Assembly (NCBI RefSeq): GCF_000143415.4
Contig: NW_003314280.1
Location: 1,781,549-1,845,548, forward strand
DNA length: 64,000 nt
Direction of reading: 5' to 3'
Source: Selaginella moellendorffii
Taxonomy: Eukaryota; Plantae; Lycopodiophyta
Below, piece after piece: positions 1 to 13,853 of the stretch (the stretch's first letter is position 1; each line of letters begins with the position of its first letter). Under the pieces are notes generated by a model. It searched no databases, was not told the DNA's origin, and was given only the letters and a program-made list of their open reading frames with translations. The translations under genes and the position numbers were made by a program.

Positions 1-184
1 GCTAGCGGACAGAACAGGAAAACCCTAATGTCTATGTGGCGAGGTGTGTCGTGTAACAAGATTTACTCTTCCTTTTGATTTTATTGCATTCACTTCTTTT
101 GCCATGCCACACCATCACTACATAGCAATGCATGGGAATTGAATTTCTTTTAACTTAAAGGATGGTGTGAAAGGGCCCTTTAAA

Positions 185-435
185 TCAGTAGCATTAGATT
201 GATCATTCTTGGAGGAACAAAATGACAATAGCCTTTGCAACTAGTGACTTCCTCCCTACGAACCAAGGACAAGTGAAAAAGGTAGCAAGCAAAGTATTGT
301 CTATCCAGACTGACATTGACTATAGCTTTCACTCTAGGCCTAGCAAACTCCAGACCACATATAGCAAAGAACCATTACATGCTCTTCAACATATAATCCA
401 TCTTTCTCCATTTCTTCCTGTGATCTGATGAGGCA
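185..435 (-). pseudogene. Degenerate fragment of the carboxypeptidase Q-like gene (MEKDGL...WVRG...AKAIV exon)
   Basis: Colinear nucleotide similarity to ~3610-3840 (e.g. gcctttgcaac, gcctagcaaactcc, gaaccattac, taatccatc...ctccat) with indels. Confidence 0.8.
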
Positions 436-446
436 AGTAGTGTAAG

Positions 447-667
<221 letters not shown>

Positions 668-1351
668 TTAAGCTTTAAATGCATTTCCTTCTTCTTATTT
701 CCTCATTTCCATATCTAAAAATTCTTTTCAATAGTTTCTTCTTTACTTTCTCTTGTTTTTGTGAATTTTTAGCTCTTTACCTTGATGTCTTAAAAGTTAT
801 ATTCTTTGTATGAGGGGGTAGAGGGGACAAATGAGAGCCCCACCTTTATAATGGAGTAAGGAAAAGTGATAAAGAAGAATTACAAGTAATTTTGATATCA
901 TTTATTTATAGTGTATCTTTCCCTTTAAACAGAAATAGATTAATAATCACTTATTTATTTATCCCCTATGTTAAAAATATGGTTACAATATATCTAAATC
1001 TCATCATTTAATTACATATCTTATAAAATTATCTTTTGGCAAATATCTCGTAAGTTGTAGCTAATTTAATGTCAAATTATTTTAACAATTTTTTTATTTC
1101 ATGATTGAACATTCTTATTAGCAATGAAAAATTTAATTAGACACTTTAATACTTCAATAAAAGTATCTGTGTGAATGTATATTGAAATTATTTAAATTTT
1201 AACTTTTTTACATTGGATTATTAAGTCTAAAACAAGCTAAATAGTCAACCAGGAAACAAAATGATTGAGTTTGAATTTTTACACCAATTATAAAAGTCTA
1301 AATAATAAGGCCAAGAGATATATTCAAATTTATTTTGTTTATTCCTTCCTT

Positions 1352-1360
1352 CTATATAAA
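1352..1360 (+). promoter_or_regulatory. TATA box of the small secreted protein gene
   Basis: CTATATAAA ~30 nt upstream of ATG 1390. Confidence 0.5.
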
Positions 1361-1389
1361 CTCCATAATAAAATTACAATTATAAAGTT

Positions 1390-1851
1390 ATGGAACTCAA
1401 AGTAATCCTATGCAATTCTATCTTGATATTAATGCTCATCCAACAAGCAAAATCTTATTCAGCACCATCACTCCAGGATTGTATTGACACTTTTCACATT
1501 AGAACTAATGTTGGAGATTATTGTAATTGTGCATCATTAGTTTGGATCCAATTTGCTCTAAATAGATTCCAGCCTGGTACCTATTCTTATGTAATTGGCA
1601 CCTTAGGCATCTTTCTAACGATTGGCTGGTTTCATGGAGGCACACGTGCAGACTTCATAGAGGCCATTGAAGATATCTGGGAAATATGTTTAGCTCACAA
1701 TGAAGGTGGAGGAGTGATTGTACTTAGAGATGGATCTTTTATGTTACGGGTAGTGCATGCTCGAGAAGACTTAACAATATTTTCAGAAACTATTAAAGTA
1801 AATAATCCTTTCATAATGGAGTTGCCTGATAAATGTAGGGATCTACCATGA
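1390..1851 (+). CDS. Small secreted Cys-containing protein, 153 aa, intronless; possible KP4/Ecp2-like fold
   Basis: Signal peptide (MELKVILCNSILILMLIQQAKS), intact ORF, intact paralogue at 61973-62425 (~80% aa identity by manual count). Confidence 0.85.
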   Translation: MELKVILCNSILILMLIQQAKSYSAPSLQDCIDTFHIRTNVGDYCNCASLVWIQFALNRFQPGTYSYVIGTLGIFLTIGWFHGGTRADFIEAIEDIWEICLAHNEGGGVIVLRDGSFMLRVVHAREDLTIFSETIKVNNPFIMELPDKCRDLP

Positions 1852-2113
1852 TTGTACACATTTGCCTCTAAGCCTTAAATCTAAACATCTCTTTACTTTC
1901 TTCTCAGATTCAAAGCTGACGAGCTAGCAACGTACCGTTTGCACGAGAGAGAGGTCGGAGACAGTCTCGTTACCCACAAGAGCGCTGAGACGTGTAGAAA
2001 ACGCATAGAATGTCGGGAAATCGGATATACATTCCTTTCTCGTACAAATGGTGTTCTCCTCAATTTATCATTCACAATAACGCACATGCTGACAAGCGGC
2101 TATGGATCTGGAT

Positions 2114-4244
2114 TCACGATCTGGGGAGCAAGAAATCCAGATTTGCTATTGAATATGTCCAAACAGCAAGTGTAGCAGCACAGTGTTGGAGTTGCCTCGG
2201 TGAAAGCTTGTCAACTGTGTCAGATTGGGTATGGTGATACCTTTGCGTAAACACGGACGAGTGAGTAGAGAAGAGCTGGAGATAAAATTAACATACCAAA
2301 AGTATCCACTAGTTCCAAAGTTGACGTCTGGATATGGAGGATTGCTGAAGGTTTTGCACGGATTGTTTGATAAGCTCCCAACCCGTGGGTCCAGAGTCAC
2401 TAGGCTTCCACAAGGAACTCCAGCATCACACTGAAGATATGTATGTCATCTCGGTGACAAGAAAAACAAGACATGGAGATGCTTACCATGGGTGAAATGT
2501 CCGTCCCTATGCTCTGTCCACTGACATTTCCGGATCCAATCCCCGCCAGAAAAGCTTTTCCGATCTAAAGAGGCATTTTACGAAGTTGCAGAAGTTCTTC
2601 TTGAAGCTGTAGTTACTGTACCTGTTCCAGAATGGACCGTGCAGCTGTGGAGCCTTGAAAAGAAATTCCCAATGGAGTGAAAGTTCCTTCGTCAGACTCA
2701 ATGGCTATACTCGTCCTGGTTTCATGATAAGAAGAACAGGAAGAAGAGAGGCTGAGACTTACAACTTCGACTCATGCTTGTGGTTAAGGTAGTATTGCTC
2801 AGCACCTTTTGCACCATTTTCTTCATTCACAAACAGCACTGCTCGAAGCGTACGGTGTGGCCTTAGCTTTAGCTGGTGAATAAGTCGCACCACCTGGAAA
2901 ATGCAAATGGAATGAGCTACAACATCCTCCGTAAAAGAATAAAGAATACCTCCCAAGAAACAAATGCTCCCCCAGCATCATCCATTGCACCATCTGCAAT
3001 GTCCCAACTGTCCATATGGCCTCCAAAGACGACCACCTCGTCCGGTTTTTCTGCACCTTTGATCTCCACGATCAAGTTTCTGGAAGGAACATTGCAAGTT
3101 TCATCAAACGAAACCAATAGAACCGAAAGTGACATACCGCGAAGGCTTGTCAGGTAACATATGAGCCTGCAACGACGCATTTCATATATACACAGAATGA
3201 AGTTTCCAAGACTTTTACCTCCATGTAAAGCTCGATGACAATCTCTTGGCCTCGAGCTTGCATTCTTGCTAGCATTCTAGAGTCTTCCACGGATATCGCA
3301 GCAGATGGTATTCCAGTAGTTCTAGTGGCACCGGTGTGAGGAGTCTATAAGAAAGAGCTATGTTAATTCACAAAATTTCCTCTTAAAGAAATAATCACCT
3401 GTAAACCATACGGTGTCATTGAGTGAACGAGAGCGGCAACAGCACCATACTTTTCGGCCCGTGTCGCTCCTAGTGTCCTGTACTTGACAGTGTTTGAGTA
3501 GCCTTGATCAAAGTTTACATTGTAGACGACGATCTTTCCTGTTCAGATGTGATTTCCTCAAGGATAAAAGAACCGAAAAAAGTGGACTGGTCTTTCAGTT
3601 TACCTTGCACGTCACTGGCTCTTTGATCAAGTTCTTGGAAGGACGAAACGACAATGGCCTTTGCAACCAATGACTTCTTTCCCGGCGTGCCAACGCTCAT
3701 GCCTAGACCGACCATATGAAGCTCCTTCACTCTGGGAGATAAAAGCCTAGCAAACTCCCGGCCACGTACCCAGGAAGGAACCATTACGTACTCTTCAACG
3801 ACAGATAATCCATCCTTCTCCATCTCTTCCTGCGATGAGGGAGGTTCAGCTTAAGCAAGGAAAAAGAAAAAAGAGAGAGAAAGGCTTACTCTTGTCCAAT
3901 CTAGAGCGTTCTCGAGAGCATCGGAGCCACTGAAGCGAGGTCCAAACGTATCAGTCATGCACGCAATCCTCTCGTAAACAATACTAACGCCATCGTGAAA
4001 ATGAGAAAACCTGGCCAAAGAAAAGAAGGCACTCACTCGGAAGAGAATGCCGCATCGATAATGGCATCGGCATCGTCCTTGGCCTGGGGCGGGAGCAATG
4101 GCGTCGCTTCCGATCGCCGTGGTAGCACTTGGGTATGCTGCGAATGGCGCCAACAATCAAGATCAAGAACAAAGAAACGCCAATTGAGCTTACCTGATAA
4201 GCACTCACCAGCACGAGGATGGCGACCAAGAGCCAAAGCGCCAT
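2114..4244 (-). CDS. CPQ: Carboxypeptidase Q-like (plasma glutamate carboxypeptidase, peptidase M28) secreted metallopeptidase, multi-exon
   Basis: Signal peptide MALWLLVAILVLVSAYQ; motifs WVRGRE, GGHMDSWDIADGAMDDAGG, FVNEENG, AIESDEG, YHHTQSDTVDKL...LPRS*; short GT-AG introns. Confidence 0.88.
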
Positions 4245-4738
4245 CTCCCCAGGAAGAACTAAACCCTGCCACAGTGAAGGCCTGCAAGGAATAAACAGAA
4301 CCGTGCGCCACTGGATTGGACGGCCCATATTTGCGCGGAAAAATTTGAAGTTTACATCACAGGAAATAAGAAACCTTTACGTTTGGTTATTAGTACGGCA
4401 TTGTCTCCTCCCTGTGTACGAAAGACAACAACAACAACACTAGACAAAGATATCCTTTTCGATCTTCCGTGTATGATGTGTCTGGGCATCGACATCATTC
4501 CGGGACCAGCGAAAGAGCGAGAAAAGAGTATCGATAATTTTTAGATGCCACTGCGCTGTTCACTGTCAGTGGAGACGCGAAACAAGGCAATCGAAAAAGC
4601 CGAGAGAGAAAAAAAGAGAGAAAAGAGCTTCCGCCTTCCACTTACCTCCCGCAATATCGTCGTCAAAGCGCTTTGCGTCGGTGGCTGCTAAAGTACCTCT
4701 AGTGTGGTCTCGTTAGTTGTGGACTCTCCAAAATTTAA

Positions 4739-7036
4739 TCATAGCACGGGGTACACGCAAGATCCATAGCCTGTACAACGAACACCAATATATTTAGTAT
4801 CAAAAGCAAACCAACAAGAAACTCGGAAAGATCAAACTGACAGAGAACACTAAAAGAAAACCAAGTAAACGATGACAACTATAGTTAGTATCAAAAGCAA
4901 ACCGACATGAAACTCAGTAAGAACACTAAAAGCAAACCAAGAAAACAGTGTTAATCCTAGTTAGTATCAATAGCAAACCCACAAGAAACTCAGTAAGATC
5001 AAACTGACCGAGAACACAAAAAGAAAACCAAGAAACAATGGGGACTATAGTCATATCAAAAGAGCAAGATCAAACTGAACGAGAACACTAAAAGAAAACC
5101 ACAGACAAACAACAAACTCAGTAAGATCAAACTGACCGAGAACACACCAAGGAAACAATGTCATCTATAGTTAGTATCAAAAGCAAACCGCGAACACTGA
5201 AAAAGAAACCAAAGAAACAATGAAAACGATCGAAACTTACTTGGATCCACGCTGGTCAGCTTGGCAAATCCGTTGAAGGCGCACGTCCCGCCGGACCTCT
5301 TCATCTTTTGCCAGTAGGAGTTGAAAGCGTACGAGGCGTGGAGCCTGACGAGGTTGGGAAGATAGCAGGCCTGTCCGGGCTGGATTGCCGCGCAGTCGGC
5401 CTTTCCCCCTCCGCACGCGTAGTCGATCGCGTCTTGGACGTCGGCGGTGCTCACGTAGTCGGCCTTTGCGACGCACCACTGCCCCTGCCTGGACGAGTTT
5501 CCAGTGGAAAAGTTCCCCGGAATCGCTGCTTGGGGGAGCGCTGGCACCTGGGAGGCGTTTGCCTTTGGAGATGAAAAGTAGGACGACGACGACGTAGCCG
5601 CCGGGGATGAAGGTGCTGCTGCTGCTGCTGACAGAGCCGGATACTTATCCACGGGAGTCTTCCCGGTTAGATCGATGTCGTAGACTTTGCTACCGTTTGG
5701 ATACAACAGCCCCCAGTTTCGCTCTGTCGCGGCACCCGGCTTTTGATCCTCGTTGAACAGAGCAAAGATGTAAGTGTCGATGAGCCTTCCGGGTCGTCTA
5801 GGAGTGCCGTGGTTCTTGTTCTTCCTGTTCTTCCCGAGAATTCGTAGAACCAGCCTCCTGTTGTAATCGGCTGCATTGGCAAGCGAGGCCCCGACGGAGC
5901 CTCTGCTCGGCCACCCGGTCTCACTTATAGAAACCTGGACGCCACCATAGCCGAGCTTGGTCATTGCGACAACCAGCGCGTCCAGCTGCGCGTCCAGGAG
6001 GTTGTCGTAGTGCATGCCGGAGGGATCCTCGGCCTGCGAAGCATTCGAAGACGGCCCTCGAAAGAGCGCGTAGTCGAGCGAGATGGTCTGCTGGTCGTCG
6101 AGCCATGCAAAGTATGGGTAGACGTTGATGAAGAACGGGCTCTGCGTCGTCTCCAAGAACTTGAGCATGGGCTGGATGATGGCGTCGGAGATGTCGTCTC
6201 GAAACACTCCATCGGATGGAGGGAACGAGACCTTCAAGCAGTCGATGGCGAGGGACGTGGTGACTTTGATCTTGCCGTGGCCTAGCCGCTGGAGAGAGGA
6301 ATGCAAATTCTCCATAGCCGGGACGAGCTTGCTCCACACCGTTTGCCTGAGGGAGAGGTCGGAGAGAATCTCGTTGCCAACGATGGCGGTCTCGATCTTG
6401 GTGGCGGGGTACGCTGCGACGTTCTGCTGGACCCATTGATCCGAGAAGTTGGAAGAGGCGGCCATCTGCTCGATCTCCTGGTTGGTCACCATGATCGCCA
6501 CGCGGAGATTCGTGCTCTGGAGCGCCTTGAGGACGTCGGGATTGGCGTCGTAGATCTTGACGCTGCGGATCTTGAGCGACTGGAGGAGCTCCACGACGCG
6601 GGCGGGCGGGGGGAGATTGTCCGCCACTCGGCCATAGTTGATCCCGATGGCGTGCTGCTGCTGGTCGTCGGCGAGGAGCACGGCGAAGACGAAGGACACG
6701 GCTGGAAGGAAGGAATTCCACACATCAGTACCAAGAAAGCTGCTAGAATATCGATGCGATGGGGAGCCAAAGAGAGCTGGAGCGTAGAAAACGCATAGAA
6801 TCTCAAGAAATCCTCGAGCGAGGAACCGATGCTCGAGTGTGGAGGAAGCGAAACACTGAGACAAGGACACAAAAGGGGAGAATGCGAGAAGAAATGCGAA
6901 GACCCCAGCGAAGAACTAGAAAGAACTCTTGCATACCAATGCTGGCGACGAAGAAGAGCACGACCATAGCCACGGCGAGCATGATCGAAAGCCCCGTCCC
7001 TGGCCGCCGCGTCGCCGCCTTCGCGTGCCTCGCCAT
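4739..7036 (-). CDS. Glucan endo-1,3-beta-glucosidase (GH17) with C-terminal X8/CBM43 domain; exons 7036-6937, 6701-5241, 4770-4739
   Basis: IGINYGRVADNLP, VGNE, INVYPYF, SETGWPS, IFALFNE, ERNWGL; X8 WCVAK...DYACG...HASYAFNSYWQ; final exon S-YGSCVYPVL* joined in phase via GT-AG. Confidence 0.95.
4790..5215. repeat. Modular minisatellite filling the last glucanase intron
   Basis: Recurring modules TAGTATCAAAAGCAAACC, AAACTCAGTAAGATCAAACTGACCGAGAACAC, AAAAGAAAACCA in shuffled order. Confidence 0.85.
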
Positions 7037-7257
7037 TGCTGCCGCAGCGATCCCGACGCCGTCGCCAGATCTTCACGTCCGGATTCTCATCCTCGGCCTC
7101 TCCCCAGAATGTAGGATTAGGGCTCTCTCCCTCCTCCTTCCTCACTTAACCGCCATAGCCAGGGAGCTTGATTGCTTCGCTTCCTCGCCTCCTCCCCCCT
7201 ATACGACAGCGAGAGTAGTATTGTACAAAACCCAGCCCGTGCCAACTCAGCGGCTGC

Positions 7258-7283
7258 GGCCAATCACAGCAGCAGACACGTGG
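7258..7283 (-). promoter_or_regulatory. CCAAT-like motif and G-box/ABRE (CCACGTGTC) upstream of the glucanase
   Basis: GGCCAATCA at ~7258 and GACACGTGG at 7275-7283, ~240 bp upstream of ATG. Confidence 0.35.
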
Positions 7284-7500
7284 CGGGAGCTTACAGCTCG
7301 GATCTTTTTCGTCGTCCGTACAGCCTCCGTGTCCACGGATCTCTCTCTCTCTGGCCTCTCTGAGATTCCTCTCGTGGAAATTTTTCGTCTTTGTCAAGGC
7401 GGAGGACCCATTATTGCTGTGTGAACATCAACAATAAAGAGCGCAAAAGCAATAAAATAAAATAAAAGAAAGCGAGACAAATAGATAAAAAAGATTATAA

Positions 7501-7531
<31 letters not shown>
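7501..7531. repeat. (CA)n microsatellite
   Basis: Direct reading. Confidence 0.95.
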
Positions 7532-7660
7532 GTGACGAGACGCGGGAAAAGCTTACGCAAGAAAATGGACAAGCTCGTCGCCGAGAAAGCCTGGAAAACA
7601 AAACGTTCGTTCGGTGCTGGTTGGAAGGAAAATCAATACTGCGAGCGCTACGTACGACCT

Positions 7661-8413
7661 CTAAAAGAATCCAAACCCCTTCCCTGGAGCCGCCGCAAAC
7701 AAGCTATACTCCCCAGCGTTCATGCTCGCCTTATTGATGCCACTGGGCAATCGGTCCATACACTTGATGCTCACCACCACCTCTTCTGCGTTGGCCTCGC
7801 GCGGCGGCGACGATGCGAGCTTCGGAGAGTCGGAGACAAGCGGCGGACAAGCATCGCCACCATTGCTACTGGCACCACCACCACCGCCGCTACTACCACC
7901 ACCACCAGAAGTAGCAGCTCCGCCACCAAAGTGAAACAACGAGAAGGTGTTTGGCGTGAATCTAAACTCCTTCTGGAGCTCCTGGAATGAGAACGTCGCC
8001 GTCTGCATTGGCTCCCCCAGCGATCCCGGCTTCTCCACCTTGAAGCTCTGCTGCTGCTGCTCTTGGATCTCCGGTGCTAGAAGCGGCCTCGTCGCGTCCA
8101 CTGGTATCCACGCCGCCGCCGCGTAGTCCGGTCGAGGACGCGGCGGCGGTTGCGCTTGCATGGAGACCATCTCGGCGGCGGACAGCGATGGCATCCTCAG
8201 GGGAGGATGGAAAATGCGAGGAACCGGAAACCTGGGATAGCCGAACGCTGCCGGTCCTGGAATAAACATCGGCGGTGCTGCTCCTGGAATGAATGGAGTC
8301 CTGGCTTGAGGCCCTCCCCACGGGCCGTGCACCGCAGGAAAGCACGCGAATCCTGGCTGCTGCGACTGCGGCGGAGGATGCCGGTGGATATGGTGGTGAG
8401 TCGGAGGTGGAGG

Positions 8414-8445
<32 letters not shown>

Positions 8446-11400
8446 AGTGAACTGGTAGCATCTCCACCACTGTTGTGTACGTGTGATGGTTCTTCGCCGC
8501 TCCGCCATGAACGAAACCATTCACGTAACCGTTTCGAATGACTTCCGGTGAGCAGACTGGAGGAGGATATGGAGTTCCCAGCGGTGGAGCAGTAGCAGTA
8601 GTAGCGGCGGCGGGAACCGAGCATGCTGCAGCTGGGGTCGGACAAGTTTCCGCTGCACTGGCTACTTCTGCTGCATCCTTCGGCTCCTCCTTCGCTACGT
8701 CGGCTCTGTTTCTCGGGCTTTCTTTCCGGCTATCAGCATCCATAACCTCAGCCGAAGCTCCACTTAAACTGCCATCTCCGATAGCCTCCAGTGGCTTTTC
8801 CAGCTCTGTCCGATCGACTAAAGGTTCCACCTGCATCATCTGGCTGTCCGATGATTTTTCCTCATCCACCCCGCATGACAACGACTCGTTGGCAGGGGCG
8901 GCTTCTCCCTTGGTCACACCACCCACTGGATCCTCTAGAGAACAACAGACATCTCCATTCAGCTGCACGTCATGCTTCACCCCGTTCGCGTTTAAGCCTT
9001 TCGTGACAACTTTCGTGTATGTCATGCCTTCCTTCCTCGACCTTACTGATTCAGGAGAAGTGGGAAGTTTCTGACTGCCTAGATTGGTCGTTGCCGGAAC
9101 CCGGCTCTTAAACACACCAGCCTTTACGTGCAGTTGCCTGGACTCTGGTTTCCTAGTCACCTTTGTAGGAGACTCCTGCATTCTCTTGGCCCAGAATGTG
9201 GTCGTGCATGCGCATTGCTGCGTCTCTTGTCTGGCCATCGGAAACCCGTTACGAGCTTTCAACGGCTCGCTGTCAGTTTGCCGCTCTTGTATGGCCAAAT
9301 CTGAGGAGCCCCTGTGACTAACTCTTTCGAAAGTCATTGATGTCCCTCGTCGAGAATATCTAACTGGAACTGAATCAGCCACCTGCTGTCTCTTGCCATT
9401 TGATCGCCTCTTTGCTGCCTTGGACTGCTCTACAATGAATGCTCCGTTAGCGTCCCTCGAGTTACCAGTGTCCAGAGTGCGTCCGGCAGGAGACTCTCCG
9501 CCGCTTCTCTCAGATTCGTCTGGCACCAGCCGCACTTCTGTCATGTCCGATAAACTACCTTCTTCATTCTGTTTGCTATCAGCTTGAAGTGCAACATTCT
9601 CCTCGGATCTCGTGGAAGACGGTCTTCCACCTTTGCCTTTCTCCTTCTCACGTTCTTTGCACTTGAGCTTCTCTTTCCTTCTCAGCTTCTTTTCCTTCTC
9701 TTTTAGTTTTCTTCTTTCCCTGCGCTCCTCCTCTTCCCTTTTCTCATGCTCTTCCTCTTCCAAAAGCTTATTCTGCGAGGATTTCTGCGTTAAAAAACGG
9801 GAGGAATAATCAGAAGACACATACCTGCTTTTCCAACGTGGCTATCTCTTTGCATGCAACTCGTACTCGGTCTTCTAGTAATCCAAGAGCCAGGCAAACG
9901 AAAATACTATGTGCATTTTGCCGAGCAGTTCCCTCCCGGAACGCTTTCTCAACCTACATAAGCAGAGATGATGACAATATTCAGCTAAAACTACTTTTTT
10001 CTGTAAGCCTGCGCACCTGTTCCTTGAAAATAACCGTTGCTGCGTCTAGAAGAAAATCGCGTGCAAGCTCGGGACTTTTAGCGTGCTTTTGCGAACGAGA
10101 GCCTTCACCATCCAGTTCATTGCCATCTTTGTCGAAACCATCGTCGTCCTTGAATTCAAAACAACGTTTAGTGAGTGACATGATAGACTGAGGCACAATC
10201 CCTACCTCCTCTTCTTCTGTTTCTTCTGCATGCTCGAAAAAGCGTTGTATGCTTTCGCCCTCAGTAATGGAAACAATCCCGTCACCGACAAATAGCCGAC
10301 GATGTACACATAATTCACCCTTCAAAGCATGAGCTTTGACGGTAAAGTCACTACATCTCCCGTCACGTTTCCAAGCTCTGAGAGTGATGAAACAGTCGAA
10401 GATATTTCCTAGATCTAGGCCCTCCACTTCCACTCTGTCCGATAAACCCACATCTTCAAAGCCAAATATGTCGGACTTGCCTTCTGCAGTTCCCAGTGCC
10501 CACTCAAAATGTTGGTATGGAGTGCCAACTTCCCCTGCGATTGATTCATGCCAATCTGCTTGTACTGCATTATCAGATACCTATCAGATAAAACTGAGCG
10601 CATTAGAAACAACCGAACATAAACATAGAAAGATAATACCTCATACTGGAACGTAGTATCCGCAGCACAGAACCATCTTGTGCATCTTGGCTCCTTCCTA
10701 GCTCTCTTCAGCTCCTTCATTTCTTTGAACTCGCGAAGGACATTGCGTCGACAATCCCTACAAAACCTTTTGCTGTCGAATCTGTGAACGAATGTTAAAG
10801 TCGCACTCAAACGAAAAAGGGAAAAAGATGATGTACCTGAACATAAGTCTCTCGATGAAGTCCTCCTCTTTCATCCTCAAAAGGGACCGTCTTGTCTCTT
10901 CACTTAAAGCCGACCAAAAATCCACTAGAGCTTCGCACGAAAGTCTGGTCGTATGAAGAGCACAGGTTTCCTTTATTCCATGGCCTCTGCCCGACGAGTA
11001 AATACCACTACTCTGGCTTATCCAGCCTCGTCCATTCCCCCCACAGGCGTCCGGGTAAAGCAGCTCTCGTTCTCGCTCCCTTCCCCGTGCACTCTCAAAC
11101 ACCTGAGAAGTAGTACTACACACTGTCAGTTTAAACAACTGCAATGCGAGATGTAAAGCAAAAGAAAATCCTAAGAAGAGAGGCAAGTAATCCGGGGGTA
11201 CATTTTGGAGCACCTCGAGTGACGTCCCGTCTAAGAAGCAGTCGAGGACGGTAAGCATGCAGTCCCTTGTTGCTGCTAATCCACCCCAGGGATGAAGGGA
11301 GGGATCTTTCGCATCGTCTTGAAGCGTCCCAATGTAGCCAGCACCCGCATTGCCATTAACTTCGTCCTCTGGGTAGACTTTCCGGCACTTGGAAGTGTTA

Positions 11401-11935
11401 CGTCCAACGGAGAGGTTCTTGCCGTACATAACAATCTGAGAGAATCCTTCCACCAAAAGTCCATGGCACCTGGAGCAGTAGAGATTCTTGCGGACTTGTT
11501 CGAATAGAGTTTGCTTATCGATGCGGAGCAGGTTGCGCCTGGCATCGGCTGGAAGCCCATTCCAAAACTGCAATGAGCAAATCGCAGCGTGTTAAAATCT
11601 CGTTCCAGGTTATGCCTAGCAAACAATAAGCTTCTCTGACACCCCCTGTGGCTGCATGTATAGACACCAAAAAAAAGGCAGTCATGAGGAAAAGCGCTAG
11701 AACAATTCTACATCACCACGACGAAATCCAAAACGAGAGAGGAAAACCAAATGAAAGAAAATTGTAAAACAGCCAGCTATGGACTTACCTTTTGAAGCTG
11801 CGAGTAAGTGACATCTTCAGTGTTGGAGCGAGACCATATAGAGTTTCGTGCGTCGCTGGGCGTGTTGCATAGCGAAGACCCGGAAGAAGACGACGTAAAA
11901 GAGTGATGGACCTTGTTGCGCGATAGACCTGGCAT
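7661..11935 (-). CDS. Stress response NST1-like protein (AT2G41960/AT3G58050-type family), multi-exon
   Basis: Start MPGL; QLQK|FW...LLRIDKQTLFEQVRKNLYCSRCHGLL; RFDSKRFCRDCRRNV; AFREGTARQNAHSIFVCLAL; C-terminal FSLFHFGG and EYSLFAA...F motifs. Confidence 0.85.
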
Positions 11936-13537
11936 TTTCACAAAAGCCTGGGATTTTTCCTACTCCTCTCCATTTCTGACGTCTATATCATCAATCGCTG
12001 CGTCCTCCGGCAGATCTCACGACCAACCTAATCACAAAGCAATGCGGCGTCAAAGAAAGAGAAAGGGTTTCCACAACGCAAAACAACAAAAGACCTAATC
12101 CAATCCAACGCCATGCCCGGACCTTCGATCGATCCATCCATCGACCGATCGATTACGATGCGAGGACCGGGGCCGACGGCCGCGAATTGGATCTAACAAC
12201 CAGAAACAGAGCTTCGAGATCAAACCTCATTCCGCGCTGTGCTGCGCCAGATCGCGCCGGATTCCCGATGCTTCGCCGCGCGCGGTCGAGGAGCGATCGC
12301 GCTAGATCTAGACGCCGATTGCCTGAGATCAAGAGAAAACCTAGACGGATCGCTTTGGCGAGGGCAAAGGCAACGCCTCGCCAGACAAAGGGCCCTCTAT
12401 TCCTCGTGTAAGAAAACCGAAGCGAGGGGAAGGCTTAACCGGAATTTACTAACTATGCAGGCGTCCGTGTGTCTCTTTTTGCCCTTGTCAATGAGGCAGC
12501 GGGGTCCGTGGTTCGATTCTAGGCCTTCTCATACTAGAATATTCATAGAATGTACCCGTTTTTACAGATAATGATATTCTGTTTTTAAAGAGTTGGTAGC
12601 CTTGAAAATAAGAAGATTTTTTGGGATGAGATGAGATGTCAGTGGTAGCATGACTTTTAATAAATACTTAAAAGCATCATGCCTTGATAACATAGTTAAA
12701 CACCACTCTTCATTTACAACTTCAATAAGTTTTTCAAGACTAAGTGATGACTTAATAAAGATTTTACTATTTACTTAAAGGTAATGCATGAATAACCATG
12801 GCTTAGCAAGAGTCTTTATTGAGAGTTTGAGATGTATAACAATTTATTTATGATGGCACACAATATTATAATGCACATAATCACATTTTAATTGCTATAA
12901 TAGCAATCAGAACATAATTGTGTGCATTAGAATTTTAGCATAGGGAATTCCACATATGAATCCAACCCATGCAAGTTGGCATTGCCTATAACACACAGAA
13001 ATATCTAAGATTGCTAGATGCTATGTTATAATTAGGTGGCAAAAAAATTCAAAGATTGCATTGAGTATGGTACTTGGCAATAAGATCATGTGCTCCAGCT
13101 TATCTAATATACCATATAGCACCATAATCTTTATTAATTCACTAATAATTTCATCTAGCACCTACTGCTACTATGAGATTCTGCTCCCCTAGATCAAATC
13201 GGTGTTACGTAGCACTCACAATTGTGAGGTGGGGATTGGTTAGACTCTAGATCAATATTCAGGTGTATTTAGCTGTGTGTTTAGTGCCTTAGGAGCTTTA
13301 ATCGAGTGCTCTAGTGCAGCAATGGTGTCACTGAATTAGCATAGCATGCACTGGACAGTGACTAGAGTGTGGAGGCTCATGCCCAACAATATTTTGGCAT
13401 GATGTTTGGTTTAGCTAGACTTCTAATTAGGTTGAAAGATCAATCATCTTATCATAGATTCTTACCAAACTAAAAAATAAAGAAGAAGAAAGAAGATGTT
13501 GATGTGGCAATAAATTGAAAATTCATATATGTTTATG

Positions 13538-13552
13538 TATATATACATATAT

Positions 13553-13608
<56 letters not shown>

Positions 13609-13625
13609 GTGTGTGTGTGTGTGAG
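13538..13625. repeat. Compound (TA)/(TACA)/(TG) microsatellite
   Basis: Direct reading. Confidence 0.95.
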
Positions 13626-13853
13626 TGCATGGAATATGGAAATAGAATATAAAAATATGTATATTAATTAGCCCAAAAACCCTAGCTTATATATAAGAGC
13701 AAGTAGTCCAAATTAAAACTAATCCTATAGCTACTAAAATCCCACTATACTAATATTAATATACAGCATCATAGCTATACAATTGGACTTCCATCCCCTC
13801 CTCTCGAAATGATGGAAGACAATCAAGGTTTTCTTGTGGATGGGCTAAGATTT

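Noticed and set aside
5237-7424. Long overlapping alternative-frame and antisense ORFs over the glucanase
   Set aside because: By-product of high GC3 codon usage; no recognisable domains
12500-12530. GGTTCGATTC B-box/T-loop-like motif suggesting a tRNA or SINE
   Set aside because: Imperfect T-stem, and no acceptor stem, D-arm or A-box could be built
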